Position numbers and translations under genes: made by a program. A stretch of DNA of 64,000 bases from an uncultured Poribacteria bacterium (GTDB lineage Bacteria > Poribacteria > WGA-4E > WGA-3G): contig OX638351.1 in the NCBI GenBank assembly GCA_951813565.1, positions 4,864,001 through 4,928,000 of the forward strand, written 5' to 3'. The notes below the pieces were generated by a model that saw only the letters and a program-made list of their open reading frames with translations, was not told the origin of the DNA and ran no database searches. Positions 63,943 to 64,000 of this stretch are shown one piece after another (position 1 is the first letter of the stretch; every line of letters starts with the position of its first letter).

Positions 63943-64000
63943 ATGTTTGAGGGCTCTTATGTTGCACTCGTCACACCATTTAAGGACGATGAATCGTTAG
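63943..64000 (+). CDS. dapA: 4-hydroxy-tetrahydrodipicolinate synthase, 5' fragment
   Basis: RBS AGGAGG; MFEGSYVALVTPFKDD; directly follows dapF. Confidence 0.82.
   Translation, partial: MFEGSYVALVTPFKDDESL

Overview
AT-rich bacterial chromosomal window. Secreted proteins end in a V/I-x-P-x-x-x-x-T-T-x-W-x-x-I/L-K motif, sulfatases and TolB/PD40 proteins are present, and intergenic DNA is dense in REP/MITE elements; this suggests Candidatus Poribacteria (inference only). Housekeeping genes include groES-groEL, cstA, xylA, thrC, scpAB, a tRNA nucleotidyltransferase, apt, pckG, a BamA/TamA-like protein, lysA, dusB, dapF and the start of dapA. Almost every intergenic gap holds nested miniature elements: GTAG-footed REP hairpins, several TIR-bounded MITE families with distinct target duplications (about 1, 3, 5, 9, 10 and 17-20 bp), and a family of 34-36 nt hairpin elements (5'-xxAATCAACG-hairpin-C) that insert precisely at C^G/G^G steps without a consistent duplication and form head-to-tail arrays. 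Other notable features: an IS605-type element with intact TnpB splitting a TlpA gene; a small cassette-like island whose genes are each preceded by an 11-6-11 palindromic site; a duplicated 201-bp structured leader with convergent promoters; and several 3'-end gene duplications. No rRNA, tRNA or CRISPR array was recognised.
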